Shown: positions 1 through 10,444 of the stretch, piece after piece | Layout: every line of letters starts with the position of its first letter | Numbering within the stretch: the stretch's first letter is position 1 | Virus record (IMG/VR): IMGVR_UViG_2534682162_000012 | Length of the DNA stretch: 35,791 nucleotides | Reading direction: 5' to 3' (one strand) | Origin: a virus | Taxonomy: Duplodnaviria > Heunggongvirae > Uroviricota > Caudoviricetes | The notes under the pieces: generated by a model | Database searches by the model: none | What the model was told of the DNA's origin: nothing | Seen by the model: the letters and a program-made list of their open reading frames with translations, nothing else | Program-made: the position numbers and the translations under genes

Positions 1-561
1 TCAAAAGCCCACAGAACGGGCAGAAGGATCATTAGTTGAAATAAGAGCGTTTACCGAACGACAAGCAGCAGGGAAAGCTACAGGTAATGTTATATCAACT
101 GTTCCAACACTTCCTCCGGTTGGTGAGACAGAAAAACTCCCCCATTGAATAATCATCCCCCCAGGTAATTTCTGGTATCCATTGGCGGTCAATGAGTTAC
201 CAAAGCTGTTCATATCCGGTACCTGATTTTCTCCTGTCCCCACATTCCTCTTTGCCGCTTCTCCCAAACCAAGGTTTTCGAGAGCCGTTTTCACCGTGCC
301 ATCCGATTTGATATCACCAAACGGATTCTTGCGGCTTAACAGCAGCGCACGAAGCGCGGTAAGCAACTGGTCGTTTCGCCCCTTCTCCAGGCTGGCACCG
401 GATGCCTCCACCACGCCACAAAGCTCTTCCTGCAACATGTCAAAGTAGTCATCATCCAGATCGGTGGCAGGCGTGCCGGTCTGGGGGTTACCACGGGTAA
501 AACCGTTCTTACCCGCGCCGAACTTATCCTTCTGCGCGGTTTTCGTGTCTATACGATGCAT
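1..561 (-). CDS. Phage tail fiber protein, N-terminal part (partial; gene continues beyond window start)
   Basis: Minus-strand ORF starting at 561 and running off the window edge; N-terminal sequence resembles the conserved N-domains of enterobacterial side tail fibers; sits directly downstream of the baseplate genes. Confidence 0.6.
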   Translation of the reverse strand: MHRIDTKTAQKDKFGAGKNGFTRGNPQTGTPATDLDDDYFDMLQEELCGVVEASGASLEKGRNDQLLTALRALLLSRKNPFGDIKSDGTVKTALENLGLGEAAKRNVGTGENQVPDMNSFGNSLTANGYQKLPGGMIIQWGSFSVSPTGGSVGTVDITLPVAFPAACRSVNALISTNDPSARSVGF

Positions 562-564
562 GGA

Positions 565-1149
565 TTACTCCGGATATTTAAAAATTACGTAGGTATGCGA
601 CGGGCAGAGTTTGTTAAGCACACATTCGACAACGGTGTCGCCCCAGATACGCAGTGCGGAATCACAGGGATCGCCACATGTCATCCAGGTGGTGTTGGTG
701 GCGGCTGGCATGTTGACCTGCCAGTAATACCGCCATTCAGGCGCGTTCACCGCGTCAGTACAGGCCGATGAGCAGGTGAACGTGCTTTTGTCGTATCGCG
801 TGATGGTGGCATCCGGTCTGCCCAGGGCAGCAAGCTGTGCAAGATAAAAATCCTCGTTGATGCCGCCCGCCAGGTTAACCTTCGCATCCAGCCGTTGCTG
901 ACGCTGGCGAAGGGTCTGTGTCCCTGCGGGAATACATTCATCCGGCAGACCGCACAGACGCTCCCAGCGGTTTATCAGTTCATTGGTGGTGCGCGGATCC
1001 AGCTCCCGCATCAGGGCATCCGCACGCTGATGAACGCGGGTTAATGACGGTGCCGCACCGGCAATCGCCGGATCGCTGGCTGACCACGCCGGACCGGGGG
1101 GCAACAGTGCCGACAACAGACGGATGTAATCATCGTTTGTCACGTCCAT
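565..1149 (-). CDS. Tail/baseplate protein, Mu gp48-like (YmfQ-like, DUF2313)
   Basis: 194-aa ORF in the baseplate-to-fibre position; length and sequence recall E. coli e14 YmfQ / Mu gp48. Start overlaps the stop of the J-like gene (coupled). Confidence 0.6.
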   Translation of the reverse strand: MDVTNDDYIRLLSALLPPGPAWSASDPAIAGAAPSLTRVHQRADALMRELDPRTTNELINRWERLCGLPDECIPAGTQTLRQRQQRLDAKVNLAGGINEDFYLAQLAALGRPDATITRYDKSTFTCSSACTDAVNAPEWRYYWQVNMPAATNTTWMTCGDPCDSALRIWGDTVVECVLNKLCPSHTYVIFKYPE

Positions 1150-2198
1150 GAAATCGTCCCCAGTACCGCCAGTTCATTTTTTGCAATGGAGATATTGTCT
1201 GCCGGTGCAAGCAACTGATGGCTGTATTCCCCGTTCGCACCGGAAATCGCCTCACTGATACGCGATACCTTCAGTTCTCCCTGCGGATAACCATCACGCA
1301 GCAGGAACGAACGCAACTCCGCGGTAATGGCAGCCCGTATTTCCGGTGTGTCCGGCGTCACACGGATATGAAAATCCACCGTATGTGCCACCGGCCTGAA
1401 CACATACAAATCAGAGCCTGCCACCGGGGCCAGTGGCCCGATATGTTGTCTTGCCGCCGTTTCCGTTGATTCTTCCGGAATGGGATTAATCAGGTCACTG
1501 CCGGCAATCATCACACCGACAGTCCCCGTTCCCATCCAGTGTCGGTATGTCCATGCGCGGGTAATGCCGGGCACTTCTTTAGCCCAGACAACATAGTCCC
1601 CGTCAGCCCCGCCCTGAGGCGTCCAGTAATATCGCTCAATGACGCGGGCGCGCCACGTTTCCAGATCTTCAGTATCGAATCCGCCAGTCAGGGTATCTGC
1701 CACACCGGAAGACGGCAGACCATTCACCGGCGTGACCAGGATTAATGACGTACCGTCGTCAGCGTTACCGACCGCACCTGCACTTGAGCAGGCGATCGGC
1801 ACGCGCAGGACACCACCGGAGCTGGTTGCATCGGCAGTTGCCGTGTACTGAACCAGGTCATCGCGTTGAATAACACTCCCGGCGGTCACCTTCAGCCCAT
1901 CGCTGACACCTTCCCAGCGCATATACCCGCTGGCAGCAGTGGCCCCCTTGCGCGGACACCGTTTCATCGCAGCATGTCGCGCCAGCCAGGACTCATCGCA
2001 CAGGTCAGGCAGCATGTTCATTGCCAGATAATCGATGTAACCGTAAACCGTATGCAGCGCCGCCGCATACACCTTTGCCCGCACGTCTTCATCCATGCGC
2101 CGGAGCGTGTCGCTGACGTCCAGCCTGGCGAATAAATCGTTACGGAGCATACTGATATTTTCTGCCAGCGTCGGGCGCTGAAATTCACTATCCGCCAT
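1140..2198 (-). CDS. Baseplate J-like protein (Mu gp47-like)
   Basis: 352-aa ORF; size and position between the gp46-like and gp48-like genes match baseplate J family proteins. Confidence 0.65.
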   Translation of the reverse strand: MADSEFQRPTLAENISMLRNDLFARLDVSDTLRRMDEDVRAKVYAAALHTVYGYIDYLAMNMLPDLCDESWLARHAAMKRCPRKGATAASGYMRWEGVSDGLKVTAGSVIQRDDLVQYTATADATSSGGVLRVPIACSSAGAVGNADDGTSLILVTPVNGLPSSGVADTLTGGFDTEDLETWRARVIERYYWTPQGGADGDYVVWAKEVPGITRAWTYRHWMGTGTVGVMIAGSDLINPIPEESTETAARQHIGPLAPVAGSDLYVFRPVAHTVDFHIRVTPDTPEIRAAITAELRSFLLRDGYPQGELKVSRISEAISGANGEYSHQLLAPADNISIAKNELAVLGTISWT

Positions 2199-2613
2199 GC
2201 GTTATCGCACTCCACAGATCATCAAAAGAAATCATTACCGGTCCGTCACGACGCCAGAGAGTGATACTGTTACCCAGTTCATTAATCCCGGTGCGGCGGA
2301 TATCCAGATCAATACGGGACACCACGCCGTCATCAGTCATCCATTGCAGGCATTCGCGGATATATCCCCTTACCGTCTGCACCAGCTGATTGGTCAGTTT
2401 GCTGCGCTGAAGCAGCCACAGCCGGGAGCCGTAACGGTCATTCTGTACCGCAGGCCAGGTATCCCCCCACCATCCCATCGGGACGTCGGCGTTGTCATCA
2501 GGCTCCGCCCGCCGCCAGGTAAACAGGGAAATCACCACGGCGCGGGTCAGCGGATCCAGCGGTGCGCTGGCGCAGGTGCGTTTACCGTTCACCGTCAGCC
2601 ACAGTTCCATCAT
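2188..2613 (-). CDS. Baseplate protein, Mu gp46-like
   Basis: 141-aa ORF between the V-like and J-like genes with overlapping start/stop codons; synteny with Mu-type baseplate modules. Confidence 0.5.
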   Translation of the reverse strand: MMELWLTVNGKRTCASAPLDPLTRAVVISLFTWRRAEPDDNADVPMGWWGDTWPAVQNDRYGSRLWLLQRSKLTNQLVQTVRGYIRECLQWMTDDGVVSRIDLDIRRTGINELGNSITLWRRDGPVMISFDDLWSAITHGG

Positions 2614-3158
2614 GCCTCCATCGCTTTATCAGGTTTGTCGGTGTTACTGCCCTGACCGTTCTCTCTGTGACGATGCCCGTTATAGGCAAGCCGCATCGCT
2701 GACATGGTGGTGCCGCCGGAGTCGCACAGGTCTTTCACCTGTCCGGTCACTTCCAGGTCCATTTCAAAACGTGCTCTGGGCGCATTGCGAAACGTGATCG
2801 TTTTACCTGCACCGTCCACCACGATCCCCTCCCGGGTCAGCGTCACGGACTGCCCCTGATCGTCATAGACAGCCACCTCACCCGTCTGCAGCCCTTTCAG
2901 GCGGTAGCGCCGGTCCGACACCGTAACAACCACCGCATGAGAACGGTCGCCATCCGGAAACAACACCACCGCTTCCGCACCGCTGTTTGCCCTTGCGGTA
3001 AAACCGTAGGGTTCAAGATGTTCAACCCCTGCTTTGGGTTCACCGGCAATCAGGGACACATCCACGGTCTGACATTTCGTGGCGGCACTGATGCTTTTCA
3101 CCACTGCCCGCCCAATCAGACCGAGAAGTTGTCGCTGCATGGCTTCAATCGTCCTCAT
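2610..3158 (-). CDS. Baseplate assembly protein V / spike (Mu gp45-like)
   Basis: 182-aa ORF; N-terminal region typical of gpV-family baseplate spike proteins; conserved position. Confidence 0.6.
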   Translation of the reverse strand: MRTIEAMQRQLLGLIGRAVVKSISAATKCQTVDVSLIAGEPKAGVEHLEPYGFTARANSGAEAVVLFPDGDRSHAVVVTVSDRRYRLKGLQTGEVAVYDDQGQSVTLTREGIVVDGAGKTITFRNAPRARFEMDLEVTGQVKDLCDSGGTTMSAMRLAYNGHRHRENGQGSNTDKPDKAMEA

Positions 3159-4237
3159 CAGAACGGGTCCTCCTGTACTCTGGCTTTTTTCTTTTTCCGC
3201 GCGCCGGGGTCTTCGGGTTCAGGCAGATAAGCATCAGGCGGGCCGACACGGATTTCCGTCAGAGTGCCGTTCTGGTCCTGAGTAAACGTGACTTCCGAAA
3301 CAAGCAGTTCGGTATTGTCAAACCCACAGACCGGATCGAAGACAATCACCCGCTGGTTGGGCTGCCACAGCGTACCGTTACCCTGTCGCCAGCCCTGCAC
3401 CACATAGGTGGTTTCGTCCGTTCGCGCCGCCCGTTGTCGGGCTTCAAAGTCAGCACGGGCAATACAGCCTGCCCCCGTAGCCTGCCCTGTCTGCCTGATA
3501 TACATCGGACGGTAACGGGCAATAAATGCGTCCTCTGTGCGGGCCCGCAGCGCGGTGGTGGTGGCCTCACCGAAATCATCGTCGTTTCCGGCACGCTGCC
3601 CCGCCACCTGGTAAACAGAAAACCGCTCCCGGATACTCTTCTCCGTATCGCAGGAAAGGATGTTTTCCCCGAGTACCAGCGCGGTATGTGCCCGCGTTGA
3701 GCCAATACCGCCAATCACCAGCCTGCCGTGCGGGTCGTCGTAAGCCAGCGCCTGCTGCTGACCGAGTATTTTGTTGATCACCTCAATCACCGTTTCACCG
3801 TGATCAGGCTGGACATCAGGAATAACACCCGACGGCGCACCGCTGTTCACCACCTCAATGCCGAAAGGCGCAGCAAGCGCCTGCGCAATCTGTACCAGCG
3901 ATCGTCCGTTAAACTGTGTCGGTTCGGCTGCACAGTCAATCAGGTCAGCGGTCAGACTACGTCCGGCAATACCGGTGCTGACCGAACGGGCATCGTAACG
4001 AACGGGCGTCGCCTCCACCCAGCCGGTGATCACCAGCTCATCACCAATCAGCACTTCCACTTTTGAACCGTTTTTAATGCGCGGCTGAAGCGTGGTAATA
4101 CCCTCATTTCCCGGCCACTGGCGGGTGATCTCCACACTGAAATCCCGCGCCAGTCGTTCAACACCGGCACCGATGCGCACCGATGTCCAGCCATTCCACT
4201 CCCGGCCATTTACCCGTAGCGTGACGTTATCGTTCAT
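3158..4237 (-). CDS. Tail protein, Mu P (gp44)-like baseplate hub
   Basis: 359-aa ORF following the DNA-circularization-like gene, as in Mu N-P-Q order. Confidence 0.55.
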   Translation of the reverse strand: MNDNVTLRVNGREWNGWTSVRIGAGVERLARDFSVEITRQWPGNEGITTLQPRIKNGSKVEVLIGDELVITGWVEATPVRYDARSVSTGIAGRSLTADLIDCAAEPTQFNGRSLVQIAQALAAPFGIEVVNSGAPSGVIPDVQPDHGETVIEVINKILGQQQALAYDDPHGRLVIGGIGSTRAHTALVLGENILSCDTEKSIRERFSVYQVAGQRAGNDDDFGEATTTALRARTEDAFIARYRPMYIRQTGQATGAGCIARADFEARQRAARTDETTYVVQGWRQGNGTLWQPNQRVIVFDPVCGFDNTELLVSEVTFTQDQNGTLTEIRVGPPDAYLPEPEDPGARKKKKARVQEDPF

Positions 4238-5604
4238 TGCACTGGCACCTTCAGAGGGATCACCGGCACAAAGCCGGGATGCGTAATGGCATTACGTCGG
4301 ATAATGTCCGCGTCACGCGCCGCGTTATCAAACCAGGTCGCCGCCAGCACCAGCGCGGGTAAAACCTCATCCGGCGTGCGCTGAATGATCCGTGCAGACT
4401 GTTCAAGGCGCGTGTTGATATCCGCATTCAGATCTGCTTTCACCCGGCGCAGCGCCAGAAACAGCGCATCACTGGTTGTACGGGACAACTCCTTATCAAT
4501 TGCCGTATTCAGTGTGTCGCGAATGTCAGTCAGTTCTTCCCACGTCGGCAGGTCAACCGTGCTTTTCACCGCCGGAGCATTGTTCAGTGCCGGATGCATG
4601 ACGGAAGGCCAGCCAGTGCTCTGCGCGGGTGTTGTTGCCTGCCCCACTGCGGCATTCTGCATCACCGCGGAAGTTGTTGGCGCAGGCAATCGGGTGACGG
4701 CATACGCCGCTTCGCTGATTGCGGTCGTACGAAGGATGCTGGCAACCACGTTACGCTGCTGCGTCGCCGTGGCGGTGGTTTTACTGTCCGTTTTCCAGAC
4801 ACCGCGCGGTTGCAGATCGCTGCCGAGGCTGACACCGGAAAGCGTTTTGATCATGGTGACCAGGTCGCTGGCGTTACCATAAAGGCGTTTCCCGGTACGC
4901 CACATTTTCTGCACCTGCTCAACGAAATTTTTGCCTGACGATGGCGGCGGCAGAAGTACCGAGATATCCCCCTGCAACAGCCTGGCGGCATCCGATACGG
5001 CAGAATCCACCACTTTCATCGCATCAGAAACATACCCCAGCATTGTGCCGGCATTACCGACGACGTCGTTCTGCACAAAATCCGCCACGCCATCGATACT
5101 GAAACCACTGAAGCTGTCACTGATGCAGTCATCCAGTGCAGAACAGGATGACATCAGCGTCTGCGCCGTCGCCGCACCTGAAGTGGGGTAAGAGAGTTCT
5201 CCCGCTTCGACAAACTTCAGGTCAAAGCGGACAATACGCCCTTCACTCTTCGATGTGCTGACCCTAACTTCCCCGTCAACACAGACTTTCAGCTCACCGT
5301 AAGTCGGATGGACAAGCGTGCCGGGACCGGGTTTATTCAGCGCGTCAATCAGGCGATCGCGCTGGTCAAAGCAGTCATCTCCCACCACATAAGCTGTGAT
5401 GGACGGGCGGAAAGTGATTTTCCCCAGGTCTTCGGTATAGGGTTTGTCGCGGTTCGGGTATTCGTGCGTTTCCACACGACGACCGGTTCCCGCACTTTCT
5501 TCTTCAACCTTAAACGGCACACCGCGAAATGACGCGTCCTGAAGTCTGTCTTTCCACGTCATATAAACTCCGTACATAAAAAATCCCACCGGAGTGGGAC
5601 TCAT
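4234..5604 (-). CDS. DNA circularization protein-like tail protein (Mu N/gp43-like)
   Basis: 456-aa ORF immediately downstream of the tape measure; N-terminal region resembles the Mu DNA circulation protein N-domain. Confidence 0.6.
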   Translation of the reverse strand: MSPTPVGFFMYGVYMTWKDRLQDASFRGVPFKVEEESAGTGRRVETHEYPNRDKPYTEDLGKITFRPSITAYVVGDDCFDQRDRLIDALNKPGPGTLVHPTYGELKVCVDGEVRVSTSKSEGRIVRFDLKFVEAGELSYPTSGAATAQTLMSSCSALDDCISDSFSGFSIDGVADFVQNDVVGNAGTMLGYVSDAMKVVDSAVSDAARLLQGDISVLLPPPSSGKNFVEQVQKMWRTGKRLYGNASDLVTMIKTLSGVSLGSDLQPRGVWKTDSKTTATATQQRNVVASILRTTAISEAAYAVTRLPAPTTSAVMQNAAVGQATTPAQSTGWPSVMHPALNNAPAVKSTVDLPTWEELTDIRDTLNTAIDKELSRTTSDALFLALRRVKADLNADINTRLEQSARIIQRTPDEVLPALVLAATWFDNAARDADIIRRNAITHPGFVPVIPLKVPVQ

Positions 5605-5622
5605 TAACAGATTAATTTTTCA

Positions 5623-7458
5623 TTACCTGCCAAAGCGCGTATAGCCAACATCATGGCTGACATCAAAACCGCTGGATCGCGTTTCCATAACCCGCATACC
5701 CGGAGGCGAATTCACAAAAGAGACCTTGATCTCACCATCAACTTTTGGCGCAGAAGCTTTGTTAATCATGAAGGGATTCGGGCCTGTGGCACCGGAGGCG
5801 TTGTTTGACTGAGCCGGATCTACCGCCTGATAAGGTGTGTATCCCCGTGCCGGTATTCCCGTCCCATAAGCATCATAAGCACCCGCGCCCCACTGCGCAG
5901 AGTTAATGGCATCGACCGTGTCACCGGAACTGTCGGTAAACCACTCAATAATTGGCTTCAGTTTGTCCCACATATCCTGAAACCACTTAACAACCGGTCC
6001 CCAGTTATTGATTACCATCCCCAGCGGCGACCAGGCAAAAACCTTCTTCAGAAGCTCCCGGCCAGCCTCAAAATAAGGACCAATGGTTTCCCAGAGCTTC
6101 TTGAAATAAGGTCCGACAACATCCCAGTTAGTGATAATTAATCCCGCAGCCAGGGCTATCGCCGTCGCAATCATGCCAATCGGCGTCATCGACATGATCC
6201 TGCTGACAATACTGATGGCACCGCCAACGCCCATCAATCCCAGTTTCAGAATCGCAAGACCGGCAGCAAGCCCGACGACGCCGCGAATAACCCGGGGATT
6301 TTCATCCGCAAACTTCGTGAATTTTTCCCCCAACTCCCCCAGCCATTGCGTGATATTTTTGGCGTCACCAGAAAATGCGCCGCCAATAGCCGCAAGGCCG
6401 TTAGTTGCGGTCCCCGTCATTGCCTCCCACAGGTTGGACAGCGTACCAAGCTGGGCCTGAACACGTTTATTCAGGCTGGCCTGTTTATTCATCTTCTGCT
6501 GGATCTGATCGTAGCCATCCTTTCCTTTATCGATCAGTGCATTGACCACCTGAAGGGTTTCGGCATCATCACCAAATATTGCCTTAAGTACACCTGTTCG
6601 CTTAACGTCGGTCAGTTTTCGCAGCTTTGCCAGTTGCCTGAACATGTTATCAAGACCGCCAAAACTTCCTTTGCCGTCAGTAAAATCGAGCTGTACCCCG
6701 AGTTTCTGGCGGGCCATGACTTTATTGACGTCCCTGATTTTCTTAACGCTTAATCCGGACTGGATAACTTTTCGCAGGGCATTACCTGCCGACTCCCCGT
6801 TCATCCCCATCTGATCCATCATGACACTGATGGGGGCAAGACTCTGTGCAGCCTGAAGACCGTCCTTGTTCACCATCTTCAGAACAGAGCTGGTTTTAGT
6901 GAAGAATGACAGCATGTTGGTGTCGTCAACGCCCAGATAAAACGCCTTCTGAATTGTGTCGAACAGCCCCATCATGTCTTCTGAGACCGTTCCGGTAGCA
7001 TCCTGCATCTTTGCGGCAAACTCGGCAGCCGCTTCCGGTGTTTTTTTCAGTTGTACCGCAAGATAAGCTGTCGCTTTACCCACACCGCCAAGAATGTTTT
7101 CTGCCGGGATCCCCTGACGCACCAGCATCTGCATCATGTTCTGAAAATCAGCTGTTGTACCGGGTAGCTGGTTACCCAGGCCAATAGCCAGTTTATTGAT
7201 GTCCTGAAAGCGCTTTCCAACCTCGCCGTTCGCATCCATCATGGCGACTTTCAGCCCGGTGGCGGCGTTTTCCTGATCGGCATAAGATTTCAGGGAAAGC
7301 GTCAGACCCGCTGCCAGTCCGCCACCAAGCGCCAGCCCACCCTGTGACGCTTCTTCCGCCTGGCGTTTAAATCCCCGGATTTTCTTTTGCATTTTCGACA
7401 GCGCGGGAGAAAGCCTGTCGACACCGGTGATCAACGCCTTAAGCTCAAATTCAGCCAT
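5623..7458 (-). CDS. Tail tape measure protein
   Basis: 611-aa Gly/Ala-rich protein with a hydrophobic central segment and many K/Q-rich helical stretches; directly follows a frameshifted chaperone pair. Confidence 0.75.
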   Translation of the reverse strand: MAEFELKALITGVDRLSPALSKMQKKIRGFKRQAEEASQGGLALGGGLAAGLTLSLKSYADQENAATGLKVAMMDANGEVGKRFQDINKLAIGLGNQLPGTTADFQNMMQMLVRQGIPAENILGGVGKATAYLAVQLKKTPEAAAEFAAKMQDATGTVSEDMMGLFDTIQKAFYLGVDDTNMLSFFTKTSSVLKMVNKDGLQAAQSLAPISVMMDQMGMNGESAGNALRKVIQSGLSVKKIRDVNKVMARQKLGVQLDFTDGKGSFGGLDNMFRQLAKLRKLTDVKRTGVLKAIFGDDAETLQVVNALIDKGKDGYDQIQQKMNKQASLNKRVQAQLGTLSNLWEAMTGTATNGLAAIGGAFSGDAKNITQWLGELGEKFTKFADENPRVIRGVVGLAAGLAILKLGLMGVGGAISIVSRIMSMTPIGMIATAIALAAGLIITNWDVVGPYFKKLWETIGPYFEAGRELLKKVFAWSPLGMVINNWGPVVKWFQDMWDKLKPIIEWFTDSSGDTVDAINSAQWGAGAYDAYGTGIPARGYTPYQAVDPAQSNNASGATGPNPFMINKASAPKVDGEIKVSFVNSPPGMRVMETRSSGFDVSHDVGYTRFGR

Positions 7459-7618
7459 GTGTGCGTTTCTCCTGCTCTATCCTGTTTGCCTGACTGACCA
7501 GCAAGGGAATTTCACTGATCGGCATATTCAGCAATTCGAAGGGATTAATGCGCCAGTAGCTGGCGCAGTCAAAGAAGCGATCAGTGAGGTATTCAGCCGT
7601 CAGGCCTGGAGGAAAAAA
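7451..7618 (-). CDS. Tail assembly chaperone frameshift extension (GT-like, -1 frame)
   Basis: Overlapping ORF in the -1 frame relative to 7600..7869; slippery heptamer T_TTT_TTC at 7612..7618 (minus strand); extension ends 7 nt inside the tape-measure start. Confidence 0.5.
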   Translation of the reverse strand, partial: FFPPGLTAEYLTDRFFDCASYWRINPFELLNMPISEIPLLVSQANRIEQEKRTHG

Positions 7619-7869
7619 CCAGCCACAAGCCACGCCGCTGCATTCAGGTCTGCCGGAGACATCTGGTCGACAGAGTTTTGCGGCACTTTCGCCAGCCGCA
7701 CAATGTATTTCGATACCACATGCGCCAGAAGTCTGACGGACTCATCCTGATTCATCTGGTAGGGATACCCCAGCTCGCGGACATCTTTCCCGGTGGGCTC
7801 ATCAAACTCCAGTACGGAGAGTGTCTCGCCATGAGCGGTAATCGGTTTCTTTAACTCAAGCTCTTTCAT
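7600..7869 (-). CDS. Tail assembly chaperone (G-like, frame-0 product)
   Basis: 89-aa acidic ORF between tube and tape measure; ends ...GFFLQA with the slippery TTTTTTC spanning its last codons. Confidence 0.6.
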   Translation of the reverse strand: MKELELKKPITAHGETLSVLEFDEPTGKDVRELGYPYQMNQDESVRLLAHVVSKYIVRLAKVPQNSVDQMSPADLNAAAWLVAGFFLQA

Positions 7870-8225
7870 TACTGGTAATCCCCTTCTTCACCGTGGAACT
7901 CAAGATCAACCGTCCCTTCTTCGGCATTATGGTTCGCTTCGCCGTGCAGCCAGGCAGACGACAGTACATAGACCTGACCGTTCGCCAGCTCGGCAGTGAT
8001 GGTCATCTCATCAGACGAGGTGATTTTGCCCACCGGAAAATTCTTCGGCACCTTGAAGGTCCCTTTAACATAAGACGCACGGTGAGTTTCCTTGCGGTCC
8101 ACTGAACCGTCCAGGCCGATGATGTCATCATTGACCGTCCTGTTCATGGGCACCTCAATGCCGCCGGTCAGCGATAGCTGCTGACCGTCAATTTTGAAAT
8201 AACAGGTTCCCCCGATACGGGCCAT
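7869..8225 (-). CDS. Tail tube protein
   Basis: 118-aa ORF immediately downstream of the sheath gene (sheath-tube order of contractile tails). Confidence 0.6.
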   Translation of the reverse strand: MARIGGTCYFKIDGQQLSLTGGIEVPMNRTVNDDIIGLDGSVDRKETHRASYVKGTFKVPKNFPVGKITSSDEMTITAELANGQVYVLSSAWLHGEANHNAEEGTVDLEFHGEEGDYQ

Positions 8226-9721
8226 TATGCAGACTCCTCTGAATACTGAAGACGGAACTGGTTAACCACAGCAAAAACACGCAACTGGTTAACATAGTCA
8301 GGCGGGAACAGCGTGTTCAGGCGGTTCGGATCGCTGGCATCACGCTCCACAACCAGGTACTGCTTAAACAGTTCGTAGTTTTCCACGATCCCCGCACGCT
8401 CAAGCTGACGGTAGGTTGCCAGCAGTTCCCCTTTGATTACCGCCGGGGTGACAATCGCCTGACCGGGACCAAAGCGGGTACCGTCGCTGGCAAGCTTGTG
8501 ACGCCCGTACTTACTGGTAATGACGGATTTCAGTTTGCGCAGTACATACGCACTGGTATGCAGCGTCTCGCTGTCGAGGTAGCTGTTATCCGCAACCCCG
8601 TAAGCATTTTTCCTGTACGTGGTGACATCACGCTGAATGCGCAGCACCCCGCTTTCGACATACGCCGTTGCCACGCCATGAGACAGCAGGGTCTGCTGCT
8701 CGGTCATCGTGAACCGTTTCCCCTTCGGCGCAGGCAGCATACCCACCAGCTCACCGGTCTGCGTGGGACGTGCCGGATCGTTGCGGATAAACACCGCTGC
8801 GCGGGCGGTACGGCTTGCCGCCAGCTCGTCGGCAGGCGTCTGGGTCTCTTTTTCGTACCCCGCCAGGGTGATGTGCTGCTGGTTAAACTGGTCACCTGCG
8901 TTCACCAGTTCTGACAGTGTGCCGGTCTTTGCCGTATACACATGACCATACAGCTGACGCGCATAGCTCCAGCGACCGCTGGTATCGTTCATCTCGGTCA
9001 CCAGCGTGTTAACGGAGGCCGTGTCGTTGAACGGCAGACCGATATAATCAAACGGCTCATCCGCCATTGCAGCCACCGCGCCGGTGAGAACCGGAGCGCC
9101 CGTTCCGGCGGTCCCCGTCGCCACGGCAATCTGTACGCCCGCTGGCAGCACTTCGCCCCCACCGAAGCCGTAGTAATTGAGGCTGACAGGAATTTCATTC
9201 CCGCAAAGCCCCTTATGACGCGCGGTCAGCGTGACAACACCAGCCGAAGATGAAGCTGTAAACGGCAGAGTCGGAACGGCATTGATGGCATCTTTGATAC
9301 TGCTGGCAATCGTCGTGACGTTATCGCCGTTGGTCACCGGTGCCTGCACGCGGGTACGTCCCACATAAACATTCACCGTGCCGGTTTCGGTTGCTGCTCC
9401 GGTCACCGTCAGCGTAACCGTTGCCGCCGCGCCTGTGGCTTCCGGAACGGCAATCACATACAGCTCGCCAAACGGGTCGGTCTGGCGATAAGCCTCGACC
9501 ATACGCGCCAGCTGACTTCCCACACCACAAATCTGGCGTGCATAGTCTGCCGACGGCATCAGCACCAGACTGTTGGCAACAATCTCTGCACCGTTATTGG
9601 CGTGACCAATCAGCAACGATGCCCCGCTGTCCTGTGCAGTATTCGCCGCCGAGTTATCCATTTCCGCATAAAACAGCGGAACCAGCGTATTCGACGGAAT
9701 GGTGTTAAAGCTTATCGTCAT
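8225..9721 (-). CDS. Tail sheath protein
   Basis: 498-aa ORF; size and position typical of contractile tail sheath. Confidence 0.75.
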   Translation of the reverse strand: MTISFNTIPSNTLVPLFYAEMDNSAANTAQDSGASLLIGHANNGAEIVANSLVLMPSADYARQICGVGSQLARMVEAYRQTDPFGELYVIAVPEATGAAATVTLTVTGAATETGTVNVYVGRTRVQAPVTNGDNVTTIASSIKDAINAVPTLPFTASSSAGVVTLTARHKGLCGNEIPVSLNYYGFGGGEVLPAGVQIAVATGTAGTGAPVLTGAVAAMADEPFDYIGLPFNDTASVNTLVTEMNDTSGRWSYARQLYGHVYTAKTGTLSELVNAGDQFNQQHITLAGYEKETQTPADELAASRTARAAVFIRNDPARPTQTGELVGMLPAPKGKRFTMTEQQTLLSHGVATAYVESGVLRIQRDVTTYRKNAYGVADNSYLDSETLHTSAYVLRKLKSVITSKYGRHKLASDGTRFGPGQAIVTPAVIKGELLATYRQLERAGIVENYELFKQYLVVERDASDPNRLNTLFPPDYVNQLRVFAVVNQFRLQYSEESA

Positions 9722-9883
9722 CGGTATTCACCTTTTTATTCACGCGCCGGATATCACCCGCTGCTTCACGGCGCAGCCAGTAGTTGTTCTCGTCAACATT
9801 TCGCCCTTCGGTGGGCAAAAGGTCACCGCGGGCAGGGTCAGGCACTGACCGCCCTTTAACAGGTTTCACAAACATGAAGATTC

Positions 9884-10444
9884 TCAGGAAGGAAGGGTTA
9901 TTTCGGTGTGATGTTCGATATCGCCGTCAGGCCCGTTACCGGGATCGAGATAATCAACATCAATCGCCAGCGTTCGCAGTTCATCCAGACTGTTCAGCTC
10001 ATCCTGCTGGCGGGTATCGTCTTCGGTCAGCTCGCTGATGACCGAAAAATCGAACTGATAAATCAGCTCATGACGATTCAGATCCAGCAGCGTGCCGCCG
10101 TCATAGGTAATCGGGTTACCGCACGCTTCCGGGTTCCAGCCCAGCAAGGCCTTAAAGAGCATCTGCCGGACATCGTCCACCACATCATACGAAGCAAACT
10201 GACCGCGCTCATCACGCCCGTTACTCAGTATGACAACCACGGAGAAGCCCTCTTTCAGCTCCTGCCAGTAGTCGGTCTGGCTTTTGTTTTCTCCCGGAGA
10301 GTCATCACCCGGTACCACATACGCCGCCGGGAGTCTCAGCTTTCCGACCTCCGGCAGATTTTTGAACTGTGCCGCGCCTGCCACCCGGTTTTCAAAATAC
10401 GGGCAGCGGGCACGCAGCGCAGCAATAACAGGCGTCAGTTTCAT
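9884..10444 (-). CDS. Tail completion/neck protein (Mu gp37-like, DUF1834-like)
   Basis: 186-aa ORF between head-completion genes and sheath; synteny. Confidence 0.45.
   Translation of the reverse strand: MKLTPVIAALRARCPYFENRVAGAAQFKNLPEVGKLRLPAAYVVPGDDSPGENKSQTDYWQELKEGFSVVVILSNGRDERGQFASYDVVDDVRQMLFKALLGWNPEACGNPITYDGGTLLDLNRHELIYQFDFSVISELTEDDTRQQDELNSLDELRTLAIDVDYLDPGNGPDGDIEHHTEITLPS

Noticed and set aside
5623-7458. Antisense ORFs within the tape-measure gene (6131..6460 +, 6346..6753 +)
   Set aside because: Fully embedded antisense to a strongly supported long gene; low-complexity Ala/Pro/Ile-rich translations; no start context.
8225-9721. Multiple short ORFs on both strands inside the sheath gene (8498..8914, 8704..8895, 8942..9253 and others)
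   Set aside because: Embedded in or antisense to the sheath CDS; Arg/Cys-rich translations typical of off-frame GC-rich coding DNA.
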